Assembly: GCA_009914755.4 (NCBI GenBank)
Contig: CP086569.2
Location: forward strand, 11,808,001-11,872,000
Source of the DNA: the human T2T-CHM13v2.0 reference genome, Homo sapiens
Reading direction: 5' to 3'
DNA length: 64,000 bases
A model generated the notes under the pieces. It was given only the letters and a program-made list of their open reading frames with translations. It made no database searches and was not told where the DNA came from. The position numbers were made by a program, and so were the translations under genes. Below, piece by piece: positions 14,201-28,040 of the stretch; the first letter of the stretch is position 1, and every line of letters begins with the position of its first letter.

Positions 14201-16826
14201 CATAGAATGGAATGGAATGGAATGGAATGGAATGGAATGGAACGGAATTGAATGTCATGGAATGGAATGGCATGGCATGGAATGGAATGGAATGGAATGG
14301 AATGAAATGGATTGGAATGGGATGGGCCCAAAAGTAATAGACTCAAATAAAAGGGACTCAAAGAGAATGAAGTGGAAAGAAACGGTCTCGAATGTAATTT
14401 ATTCGAATAGAATGATATTGAATGGAATGCAATAGTATGGAATGGTATCGAATAGAATGGAATAGAATGGAATGGAATGGAACGGAATGGAGTGCAATTG
14501 AACGGACTCAAATGAAATAAATTGCAATATAATTGATTCAAATGGAATGGAATCGAATAGAATGTAAACAAATGGAATGGAAGGCAATGCAATGGAAAGG
14601 AATCGAATGAAATGGAATAAATGGAATGGAATGGAATGGAAAGGACGCGAATATATTGGACTGTTAAGGAAAGGTGTCAAATCGAATTTATTCCAATAGA
14701 ATGGAATCGAATGGAATGCAATACTATTGAATCGAATCGAATGGAATGGAATTGAATGGAATGGACAGGAATGGAATGAACTGGAAGTGAATGGACAGGA
14801 ACGTAATATATTGCAATGTAATTTATTCAAATGGAATGGAATGCAATCGAATGGAATGGACTCGATTGGAATGGACTGGAGTGGAATGGATTCAAATGGA
14901 ATGGCAAGGAATGGAATGGAATGGAATGGAAAGCAAAGGAATCTACTGGAATAGAATCGAACGGAACAGAAAGGAATGGAATGGAATGGAGTGGAATGGA
15001 CTCGAATGGAATGTATTCGAATGTAATGGACCTAAAAAGGAATGGAATCCAATGGAATGGAATTGAATGGAATCAAAAGGAATAGAAAGGCATCGAGTGT
15101 AATTGAATGATATCGAAAGGAAGGGAATGGAATGAACTCGAATGGAATGCACTGGAATGGAATGGACTCGATCAGAACGGACTGGAGAGGAATGTACACA
15201 AATGGAATGGAAACGAATGGAATGGAATGAAATGGAATGGAATGAAATGGAATTGAAAGGAACGGAATCAAATGGAATGGAATGGAATGGATTGGAATAG
15301 AATGGATTCAAATAAAATAGAATCGATGGGAATGGTATTGAATGAAAGGGACTTGAATGGAATGGAAAGCAATGGAAGATATTGGAATCGAATGGCATCG
15401 AATGAAATGGAATGGAACGGAATGGAACGGAACCGAATGGAATGGAATGGACTCAAATGTAATGGACACCAATGGAATCGACTGAAATATAATAGTGTCG
15501 AAAGGAATGGCCTCGAGCGGAATTTATTTGAATAGAATGGAATCAAATGGAATACAATACCATTGAATGGAATCGAATGGAATGGAATCGAATGGAATGG
15601 AATCAAATGGAATGGAACGGAATTCAATATAATGGAGTAGAATGGAATGCATTGGAAAGGAGCAGAGTGGAATCAAGTGGAATGGAATCGAGTGGAATGG
15701 AATCGAGTGGAATGGAATCAATGGGAACAAAATCGAATTGAATGGACTTGAATGGAATTGACTCGAAAGGAATTGACTCGAAAGAAATGGACTGGAACAA
15801 AAAGGAATCAAATGGACAGGAATGGGATGGAATGGACACGAATGGAATGGAGTCAAATGCAAACGCATCGAATGGAATGGATTGAAATGGAATGCAATGG
15901 AATGGAACAGAAAGGAAGAGAATGGAATTGAGAGTAATGGAAAGATATCGATTGGAATGAAATGGAATGGAAATGAATTGAATGGAAAGGAATGGAGTGG
16001 AAAGAAATGGATTGGAATGGAATGGTCTCCAATGGAATGGACTGGAGTGGAATGGAATCGAATGGAATGAAAAGAATGGAACGGAATGGAATGGAAAGGA
16101 ATAGAATGTTATGGAATCCGATTGGACAGAATGGAATGGAATGGAGTTTCATGAAATGGAGTCGAATAGAGTGTCATCAAAAGGAATGGAATGGAATGGA
16201 GTGGACTCAAAAGGAATGGACTCGAAAGGAATGGAGTCCAACCAAATTGAATCAAATGGATTGGAGTCGAACAGAATGGAATGGAATGAAATGTACTCGA
16301 CTGGAGTAGAGAGGAATGTAAAGGAATAGAATGGAATGTAATCAAATGGATTGCAAGTGAATGGAATCAAAAATAATAGAAAGGAATGGAGTGTAAAGGG
16401 ATGATATTGAATATAATGGAATGGAATGGAATTTAATGGAATGGAGACGAAGGAATGGACAGGAATGTAATGGACTCCAATGGAATGGAATGGATCAAAA
16501 TGGATTTGAACAGATTGGAATCGAACGGAATGGAATGCAACGGCATGGAATGGACTCGAATGGAGAAGAGACAAATGGAATGGAAACGAATTCAATGGAA
16601 TTGAAAAGAATAGGATGGAATGGCGTGTAATGGTAAGATACTAAATGGAATGGAATTGAATGGAATGGAATGGACCCAAATGTAATGCACTCGAAAGGAA
16701 TATACTCAAATAGAATGGAATCGAAAGGAAAGGTCTCAAATGGAATTTATTCAATACAATGGAATCGAATGGAATGCAATAGAATGGAATGGAATCGAAT
16801 GTAATGGAATCAAATAGAATGGACCA
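11225..16826. repeat. HOR copy 3, 5602 bp, variant A, near-identical to copy 1.
   Basis: The ORF-track proteins at 11283..12362 (359 aa), 12653..12964 (MPSIPFHS) and 12837..13109 (QKERNRMEF) are identical to those of copy 1. Copy 3 lies 11224 bp from copy 1. Confidence 0.85.
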
Positions 16827-19800
16827 GTATGGAATGGACTGCCATAGAACGGACTGCAGTGTAATGGATTGAATTCTAATTCATTCAAATGGAATGGAAT
16901 TGAATGGAATGGAATCCAATGGAATGGATAGGATTGTACTGGAATGGAATAGCATGGAATGCAACGGAGTGGAATGGAGTTGAATGAAGTGGAATGGAAT
17001 CGATTGGAATGGAATCAAATGGAATGGACGGGAATGGAATGGACTGGAAGAGAACAGACTCGAATTTAATGGATTGCAATGTAATTGATTCAAAGGGAAT
17101 GGAATCGAATGGAATGTAATAAAATTGAAGGGATTTGAGTTCAATGCAATGGAATAGAATGGAATGCAAAGGAAAGGAAAGGTACGGAGTGAAATCGAGT
17201 GTAATGGAATCGAATGGAATGAAATGGAATGGAATGGACTCAAAAGAAATGGACGAGGGACAAAACGGAATCGAACTGATTGGAATCGAACGGAACGGAA
17301 TGGAATGGAATGGTCTCCATTGGATCGGAGTAGAACGGACTGGAATGGAATGGAATGAAATGGAATGGAAAGGAATAGAATGGAATGGAATGGAATGGAA
17401 TGGAATGGAAGGTAATGGAAAGATATCGAACGGATTGGAAAGGAATGGAATGGACCCTAATGGAATGGAATGGAATTCAACAGAAACGAATGGAATGGAC
17501 TGGAGTGAAATGGAGTCGAATGTAATTGACTGGAGTGGAATGGACTCGAAAGGAATGGACTCGAATAGAATGGACTGGAATGGATTGTACTCAAATGGAG
17601 TGGAAAGGAATAAAATGGATTGCACCAGATTGGAATGGAACAGAATGTAATGGAATGGAATGGAATGCAATGGAATGGCTCCAATGGAATGGAGTCGAAT
17701 GCAATGGAACAGAAAGGAAAGGAATTGAATGGAATTGAAAGTAATAGAACAAAATGGAGTGCAAAGGAAAGATATTGAATGGAATGAATCGAAAAGAAAT
17801 CGAATGGAATGGACAAGAATGGAATGGAATAGAATGGAATAGACTGGCGTGCAATGAAAACGAATGGAATGGAAACGAATTTAATGCAATGGAAAGGAAT
17901 GGAGTAGAATAAATACTATGGAATGGAATGGAGGCGAAAGGAAAAGAATGGATTGGAATGTCACCGAATGGAAAGATATGGAATGGAAAGGAATGGATAC
18001 GAATGGAATGGAATAGAAAGGAACGGAAAGGTAAAGAATGGAATGGAATCGGATAGAATGGAATGCAATGTAATGGAGTCGAATGGAAAATAATCGTGTA
18101 GAATGATATCGAATGGAATGGAATGGAATGGAATGGACTCGAATGGAATGTACTCAAATGGATTAGAATAGAATGGAATGGAACTAAACGTAATGAACTC
18201 GAATGGAATGGACACAAATAGAATGGAAGAGAAAGGAATGGTATTGAATGGAATTTATTCGAATAGAGTGGAATTCAATGGAATGCAACAGTGTGGCATG
18301 GAATCAAATGGAATGGAATCGAATGGAATGGACCCGAGTGGAATGGACTCACATAGAACAGCCTCGAATGTAATGGATGACAATGTATTAGATTCGAAAG
18401 GACTGAAATCGAATGGAATGTAATCAAGTAGAACGGAATTGAATGCATGGAATGGCATAGAAAGTAACGCAATGGAATGGAATAGACTGGAATGGAATGG
18501 AATCGGATGGAATGTAATGAAATGTAATGGAAGGAATGCCATGGAATGGAATGGAATGGAATGCAATGGGACGGTGTATAATGGAGTGCAATGGATTTCA
18601 GTGGAATGTAGTCAAAAGGAAAGAAAGAGAATGGAATTCAATATAATGGAATGGCATCCAATGGCAAGGAATGGAGCGGACTCCAATGGAAACGACATGA
18701 AAGGAATATAATAAAATGGAATGGCATTGAACGAAATGGAATGTAATGGAGTTAAAAGGTAAAATATCGAATGGAAAAGAATTGAATGGACTCGAAAGGA
18801 ATATAATGGAATGGAATGGACTCGAATGGAATGTACTAGAGTTGAATGGAATCGAATGGAATGGAAAACAATGGAAAGGAAAGGAAGGGAATTGAAAGGA
18901 AAGGAATAGAATGGAATGGAATCGGATGGAACGGAATTGAATGGAATGGAAACTAAAGGAATAGAATAGAAAGGAATCGCATTGAATGGAATGGAATAGA
19001 ATGGAATCAGATGGAACAGAAAGGAATGGAATAGAATCGAATGGAATGGCATCGAATGGATGGAATGAAATGTAATGGAATGGAATAGAAAGGAATGGAA
19101 TGGACTCGAATGGAATGTACTCAAATGGAATAGAATAGAATGGAATGGAAGTAAATATAATGGACTCGAATAGAATGCATTGGAATAAATTGGAATTGAG
19201 TGTATTGGATTCGAATGGAAAGGAATGGAATGGAATGGAATGGAATGGAATGGAATGGAATGGATTCGAATGGAATGGAATCGAATGGAATGGAACGAAT
19301 TGGAATGTAATTGAATGGAGTCAAAAACAGTAGAAAGAAATAAAGTTTCATCGAAAGATATCGAATGGAATTGAATGGAATGTACGCGAATGGAATGGAC
19401 TGTAATGGAATGGAGTGACATGTAACGGAATCGAAAGGAATGGAATCCAATGAAATGGAATTGAATGGAATAGAAATGAATAGAATGGAATGGAGATTAA
19501 CGGAAAGATATTAAAATAATGGAATGGAATTGAGTGGACACGAATGGAATGGACTGGAATGGAAAGGACTCAAATGAAAACGAGCGCATTAGAATGGACT
19601 CGAATGGAATGGATTGGAGTGGAATGGTCTCGAATGGATTGGAAAGGAATGGAATGGAAAGGAATAGAATGGAATGTAATCAAATGGAACGAAATGGAAT
19701 GGAATGGATTCGACTGGAGCAGAATTGAATGGAGTGGATTTGAATGGAATGGAATGCAATCGAATGGAATGGACACGAATCGAATAGAATGAAATGAAAT

Positions 19801-22433
19801 GGCATAGAATGGAATGGAATGGAATGGAATGGAATGGAATGGAATGGAACGGAATTGAATGTCATGGAATGGAATGGCATGGCATGGAATGGAATGGAAT
19901 GGAATGGAATGAAATGGATTGGAATGGGATGGGCCCAAAAGTAATAGACTCAAATAAAAGGGACTCAAAGAGAATGAAGTGGAAAGAAACGGTCTCGAAT
20001 GTAATTTATTCGAATAGAATGATATTGAATGGAATGCAATAGTATGGAATGGTATCGAATAGAATGGAATAGAATGGAATGGAATGGAACGGAATGGAGT
20101 GCAATTGAACGGACTCAAATGCAATAAATTGCAATATAATTGATTCAAATGGAATGGAATCGAATAGAATGTAAACAAATGGAATGGAAGGCAATGCAAT
20201 GGAAAGGAATCGAATGAAATGGAATAAATGGAATGGAATGGAATGGAAAGGACGCGAATATATTGGACTGTTAAGGAAAGGTGTCAAATCGAATTTATTC
20301 CAATAGAATGGAATCGAATGGAATGCAATACTATTGAATCGAATCGAATGGAATGGAATTGAATGGAATGGACAGGAATGGAATGAACTGGAAGTGAATG
20401 GACAGGAACGTAATATATTGCAATGTAATTTATTCAAATGGAATGGAATGCAATCGAATGGAATGGACTCGATTGGAATGGACTGGAGTGGAATGGATTC
20501 AAATGGAATGGCAAGGAATGGAATGGAATGGAATGGAAAGCAAAGGAATCTACTGGAATAGAATCGAACGGAACAGAAAGGAATGGAATGGAATGGAGTG
20601 GAATGGACTCGAATGGAATGTATTCGAATGTAATGGACCTAAAAAGGAATGGAATCCAATGGAATGGAATTGAATGGAATCAAAAGGAATAGAAAGGCAT
20701 CGAGTGTAATTGAATGATATCGAAAGGAAGGGAATGGAATGAACTCGAATGGAATGCACTGGAATGGAATGGACTCGATCAGAACGGACTGGAGAGGAAT
20801 GTACACAAATGGAATGGAAACGAATGGAATGGAATGAAATGGAATGGAATGAAATGGAATTGAAAGGAAGGGAATCAAATGGAATGGAATGGAATGGATT
20901 GGAATAGAATGGATTCAAATAAAATAGAATCGATGGGAATGGTATTGAATGAAAGGGACTTGAATGGAATGGAAAGCAATGGAAGATATTGGAATCGAAT
21001 GGCATCGAATGAAATGGAATGGAACGGAATGGAACGGAACCGAATGGAATGGAATGGACTCAAATGTAATGGACACCAATGGAATCGACTGAAATATAAT
21101 AGTGTCGAAAGGAATGGCCTCGAGCGGAATTTATTTGAATAGAATGGAATCAAATGGAATACAATACCATTGAATGGAATCGAATGGAATGGAATCGAAT
21201 GGAATGGAATCAAATGGAATGGAACGGAATTCAATATAATGGAGTAGAATGGAATGCATTGGAAAGGAGCAGAGTGGAATCAAGTGGAATGGAATCGAGT
21301 GGAATGGAATCGAGTGGAATGGAATCAATGGGAACAAAATCGAATTGAATGGACTTGAATGGAATTGACTCGAAAGGAATTGACTCGAAAGGAATGGACT
21401 GGAACAAAAAGGAATCAAATGGACAGGAATGGGATGGAATGGACACGAATGGAATGGAGTCAAATGCAAACGCATCGAATGGAATGGATTGAAATGGAAT
21501 GCAATGGAATGGAACAGAAAGGAAGAGAATGGAATTGAGAGTAATGGAAAGATATCGATTGGAATGAAATGGAATGGAAATGCATTGAATGGAAAGGAAT
21601 GGAGTGGAAAGAAATGGATTGGAATGGAATGGTCTCCAATGGAATGGACTGGAGTGGAATGGAATCGAATGGAATGAAAAGAATGGAACGGAATGGAACG
21701 GAAAGGAATAGAATGTTATGGAATCCGATTGGACAGAATGGAATGGAATGGACTTTCATGAAATGGAGTCGAATAGAGTGTCATCAAAAGGAATGGAATG
21801 GAATGGAGTGGACTCAAAAGGAATGGACTCGAAAGGAATGGAGTCCAACCAAATTGAATCAAATGGATTGGAGTCGAACAGAATGGAATGGAATGAAATG
21901 TACTCGACTGGAGTAGAGAGGAATGTAAAGGAATAGAATGGAATGTAATCAAATGGATTGCAAGTGAATGGAATCAAAAATAATAGAAAGGAATGGAGTG
22001 TAAAGGGATGATATTGAATATAATGGAATGGAATGGAATTTAATGGAATGGAGACGAAGGAATGGACAGGAATGTAATGGACTCCAATGGAATGGAATGG
22101 ATCAAAATGGATTTGAACAGATTGGAATCGAACGGAATGGAATGCAACGGCATGGAATGGACTCGAATGGAGAAGAGACAAATGGAATGGAAACGAATTC
22201 AATGGAATTGAAAAGAATAGGATGGAATGGCGTGTAATGGTAAGATACTAAATGGAATGGAATTGAATGGAATGGAATGGACCCAAATGTAATGCACTCG
22301 AAAGGAATATACTCAAATAGAACGGAATCGAAAGGAAAGGTCTCAAATGGAATTTATTCAATACAATGGAATCGAATGGAATGCAATAGAATGGAATGGA
22401 ATCGAATGTAATGGAATCAAATAGAATGGACCA
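16827..22433. repeat. HOR copy 4, 5607 bp, variant B, near-identical to copy 2.
   Basis: The proteins at 16885..17670 (261 aa), 18255..18566 (MHSIPFHS) and 18439..18711 (QKERKRMEF) are identical to those of copy 2. Copy 4 lies 11219 bp from copy 2. Confidence 0.85.
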
Positions 22434-25400
22434 GTATGGAATGGACTGCCATAGAACGGACTGCAGTGTAATGGATTGAATTCTAATTCATTCAAATGGA
22501 ATGGAATTGAATGGAATGGAATCCAATGGAATGGATAGGATTGTACTGGAATGGAATAGCATGGAATGCAACGGAGTGGAATGGAGTTGAATGAAGTGGA
22601 ATGGAATCGATTGGAATGGAATCAAATGGAATGGACGGGAATGGAATGGACTGGAAGAGAACAGACTCGAATTTAATGGATTGCAATGTAATTGATTCAA
22701 AGGGAATGGAATCGAATGGAATGTAATAAAATTGAAGGGATTTGAGTTCAATGCAATGGAATAGAATGGAATGCAAAGGAAAGGAAAGGTACGGAGTGAA
22801 ATCGAGTGTAATGGAATCGAATGGAATGAAATGGAATGGAATGGACTCAAAAGAAATGGACGAGGGACAAAACGGAATCGAACTGATTGGAATCGAACGG
22901 AACGGAATGGAATGGAATGGTCTCCATTGGATCGGAGTAGAACGGACTGGAATGGAATGGAATGAAATGGAATGGAAAGGAATAGAATGGAATGGAATGG
23001 AATGGAATGGAATGGAAGGTAATGGAAAGATATCGAACGGATTGGAAAGGAATGGAATGGACCCTAATGGAATGGAATGGAATTCAACAGAAACGAATGG
23101 AATGGACTGGAGTGAAATGGAGTCGAATGTAATTGACTGGAGTGAAATGGACTCGAAAGGAATGGACTCGAATAGAATGGACTGGAATGGATTGTACTCG
23201 AATGGAGTGGAAAGGAATAAAATGGATTGCACCAGATTGGAATGGAACAGAATGTAATGGAATGGAATGGAATGCAATGGAATGGCTCCAATGGAATGGA
23301 GTCGAATGCAATGGAACAGAAAGGAAAGGAATTGAATGGAATTGAAAGTAATAGAACAAAATGGAGTGCAAAGGAAAGATATTGAATGGAATGAATCGAA
23401 AAGAAATCGAATGGAATGGACAAGAATGGAATGGAATAGAATGGAATAGACTGGCGTGCAATGAAAACGAATGGAATGGAAACGAATTTAATGCAATGGA
23501 AAGGAATGGAGTAGAATAAATACTATGGAATGGAATGGAGGCGAAAGGAAAAGAATGGATTGGAATGTCACCGAATGGAAAGATATGGAATGGAAAGGAA
23601 TGGATACGAATGGAATGGAATAGAAAGGAACGGAAAGGTAAAGAATGGAATGGAATCGGATAGAATGGAATGCAATGTAATGGAGTCGAATGGAAAATAA
23701 TCGTGTAGAATGATATCGAATGGAATGGAATGGAATGGAATGGACTCGAATGGAATGTACTCAAATGGATTAGAATAGAATGGAATGGAACTAAACGTAA
23801 TGAACTCGAATGGAATGGACACAAATAGAATGGAAGAGAAAGGAATGGTATTGAATGGAATTTATTCGAATAGAGTGGAATTCAATGGAATGCAACAGTG
23901 TGGCATGGAATCAAATGGAATGGAATCGAATGGAATGGACCCGAGTGGAATGGACTCACATAGAACAGCCTCGAATGTAATGGATGACAATGTATTAGAT
24001 TCGAAAGGACTGAAATCGAATGGAATGTAATCAAGTAGAACGGAATTGAATGCATGGAATGGCATAGAAAGTAACGCAATGGAATGGAATAGACTGGAAT
24101 GGAATGGAATCGGATGGAATGTAATGAAATGTAATGGAAGGAATGCCATGGAATGGAATGGAATGGAATGCAATGGGACGGTGTATAATGGAGTGCAATG
24201 GATTTCAGTGGAATGTAGTCAAAAGGAAAGAAAGAGAATGGAATTCAATATAATGGAATGGCATCCAATGGCAAGGAATGGAGCGGACTCCAATGGAAAC
24301 GACATGAAAGGAATATAATAAAATGGAATGGCATTGAACGAAATGGAATGTAATGGAGTTAAAAGGTAAAATATCGAATGGAAAAGAATTGAATGGACTC
24401 GAAAGGAATATAATGGAATGGAATGGACTCGAATGGAATGTACTAGAGTTGAATGGAATCGAATGGAATGGAAAACAATGGAAAGGAAAGGAAGGGAATT
24501 GAAAGGAAAGGAATAGAATGGAATGGAATCGGATGGAACGGAATTGAATGGAATGGAAACTAAAGGAATAGAATAGAAAGGAATCGCATTGAATGGAATG
24601 GAATAGAATGGAATCAGATGGAACAGAAAGGAATGGAATAGAATCGAATGGAATGGCATCGAATGGATGGAATGAAATGTAATGGAATGGAATAGAAAGG
24701 AATGGAATGGACTCGAATGGAATGTACTCAAATGGAATAGAATAGAATGGAATGGAAGTAAATATAATGGACTCGAATAGAATGCATTGGAATAAATTGG
24801 AATTGAGTGTATTGGATTCGAATGGAAAGGAATGGAATGGAATGGAATGGAATGGAATGGAATGGAATGGATTCGAATGGAATGGAATCGAATGGAATGG
24901 AACGAATTGGAATGTAATTGAATGGAGTCAAAAACAGTAGAAAGAAATAAAGTTTCATCGAAAGATATCGAATGGAATTGAATGGAATGTACGCGAATGG
25001 AATGGACTGTAATGGAATGGAGTGACATGTAACGGAATCGAAAGGAATGGAATCCAATGAAATGGAATTGAATGGAATAGAAATGAATAGAATGGAATGG
25101 AGATTAACGGAAAGATATTAAAATAATGGAATGGAATTGAGTGGACACGAATGGAATGGACTGGAATGGAAAGGACTCAAATGAAAACGAGCGCATTAGA
25201 ATGGACTCGAATGGAATGGATTGGAGTGGAATGGTCTCGAATGGATTGGAAAGGAATGGAATGGAAAGGAATAGAATGGAATGTAATCAAATGGAACGAA
25301 ATGGAATGGAATGGATTCGACTGGAGCAGAATTGAATGGAGTGGATTTGAATGGAATGGAATGCAATCGAATGGAATGGACACGAATCGAATAGAATGAA

Positions 25401-28040
25401 ATGAAATGGCATAGAATGGAATGGAATGGAATGGAATGGAATGGAATGGAATGGAACGGAATTGAATGTCATGGAATGGAATGGCATGGCATGGAATGGA
25501 ATGGAATGGAATGGAATGAAATGGATTGGAATGGGATGGGCCCAAAAGTAATAGACTCAAATAAAAGGGACTCAAAGAGAATGAAGTGGAAAGAAACGGT
25601 CTCGAATGTAATTTATTCGAATAGAATGATATTGAATGGAATGCAATAGTATGGAATGGTATCGAATAGAATGGAATAGAATGGAATGGAATGGAACGGA
25701 ATGGAGTGCAATTGAACGGACTCAAATGCAATAAATTGCAATATAATTGATTCAAATGGAATGGAATCGAATAGAATGTAAACAAATGGAATGGAAGGCA
25801 ATGCAATGGAAAGGAATCGAATGAAATGGAATAAATGGAATGGAATGGAATGGAAAGGACGCGAATATATTGGACTGTTAAGGAAAGGTGTCAAATCGAA
25901 TTTATTCCAATAGAATGGAATCGAATGGAATGCAATACTATTGAATCGAATCGAATGGAATGGAATTGAATGGAATGGACAGGAATGGAATGAACTGGAA
26001 GTGAATGGACAGGAACGTAATATATTGCAATGTAATTTATTCAAATGGAATGGAATGCAATCGAATGGAATGGACTCGATTGGAATGGACTGGAGTGGAA
26101 TGGATTCAAATGGAATGGCAAGGAATGGAATGGAATGGAATGGAAAGCAAAGGAATCTACTGGAATAGAATCGAACGGAACAGAAAGGAATGGAATGGAA
26201 TGGAGTGGAATGGACTCGAATGGAATGTATTCGAATGTAATGGACCTAAAAAGGAATGGAATCCAATGGAATGGAATTGAATGGAATCAAAAGGAATAGA
26301 AAGGCATCGAGTGTAATTGAATGATATCGAAAGGAAGGGAATGGAATGAACTCGAATGGAATGCACTGGAATGGAATGGACTCGATCAGAACGGACTGGA
26401 GAGGAATGTACACAAATGGAATGGAAACGAATGGAATGGAATGAAATGGAATGGAATGAAATGGAATTGAAAGGAAGGGAATCAAATGGAATGGAATGGA
26501 ATGGATTGGAATAGAATGGATTCAAATAAAATAGAATCGATGGGAATGGTATTGAATGAAAGGGACTTGAATGGAATGGAAAGCAATGGAAGATATTGGA
26601 ATCGAATGGCATCGAATGAAATGGAATGGAACGGAATGGAACGGAACCGAATGGAATGGAATGGACTCAAATGTAATGGACACCAATGGAATCGACTGAA
26701 ATATAATAGTGTCGAAAGGAATGGCCTCGAGCGGAATTTATTTGAATAGAATGGAATCAAATGGAATACAATACCATTGAATGGAATCGAATGGAATGGA
26801 ATCGAATGGAATGGAATCAAATGGAATGGAACGGAATTCAATATAATGGAGTAGAATGGAATGCATTGGAAAGGAGCAGAGTGGAATCAAGTGGAATGGA
26901 ATCGAGTGGAATGGAATCGAGTGGAATGGAATCAATGGGAACAAAATCGAATTGAATGGACTTGAATGGAATTGACTCGAAAGGAATTGACTCGAAAGGA
27001 ATGGACTGGAACAAAAAGGAATCAAATGGACAGGAATGGGATGGAATGGACACGAATGGAATGGAGTCAAATGCAAACGCATCGAATGGAATGGATTGAA
27101 ATGGAATGCAATGGAATGGAACAGAAAGGAAGAGAATGGAATTGAGAGTAATGGAAAGATATCGATTGGAATGAAATGGAATGGAAATGCATTGAATGGA
27201 AAGGAATGGAGTGGAAAGAAATGGATTGGAATGGAATGGTCTCCAATGGAATGGACTGGAGTGGAATGGAATCGAATGGAATGAAAAGAATGGAACGGAA
27301 TGGAACGGAAAGGAATAGAATGTTATGGAATCCGATTGGACAGAATGGAATGGAATGGACTTTCATGAAATGGAGTCGAATAGAGTGTCATCAAAAGGAA
27401 TGGAATGGAATGGAGTGGACTCAAAAGGAATGGACTCGAAAGGAATGGAGTCCAACCAAATTGAATCAAATGGATTGGAGTCGAACAGAATGGAATGGAA
27501 TGAAATGTACTCGACTGGAGTAGAGAGGAATGTAAAGGAATAGAATGGAATGTAATCAAATGGATTGCAAGTGAATGGAATCAAAAATAATAGAAAGGAA
27601 TGGAGTGTAAAGGGATGATATTGAATATAATGGAATGGAATGGAATTTAATGGAATGGAGACGAAGGAATGGACAGGAATGTAATGGACTCCAATGGAAT
27701 GGAATGGATCAAAATGGATTTGAACAGATTGGAATCGAACGGAATGGAATGCAACGGCATGGAATGGACTCGAATGGAGAAGAGACAAATGGAATGGAAA
27801 CGAATTCAATGGAATTGAAAAGAATAGGATGGAATGGCGTGTAATGGTAAGATACTAAATGGAATGGAATTGAATGGAATGGAATGGACCCAAATGTAAT
27901 GCACTCGAAAGGAATATACTCAAATAGAACGGAATCGAAAGGAAAGGTCTCAAATGGAATTTATTCAATACAATGGAATCGAATGGAATGCAATAGAATG
28001 GAATGGAATCGAATGTAATGGAATCAAATAGAATGGACCA
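22434..28040. repeat. HOR copy 5, 5607 bp, B-like with private variants (variant C).
   Basis: It carries the B-type markers MHSIPFHS and QKERKRMEF. New variants appear, for example MTGVKWTRKEW at 23133, where other copies have MTGVEWTRKEW, and the 246-aa ORF at 23084..23824. A CpG is gained at actcGaatgg at about 23197, where copies 1-4 read actcAaatgg. Confidence 0.8.
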
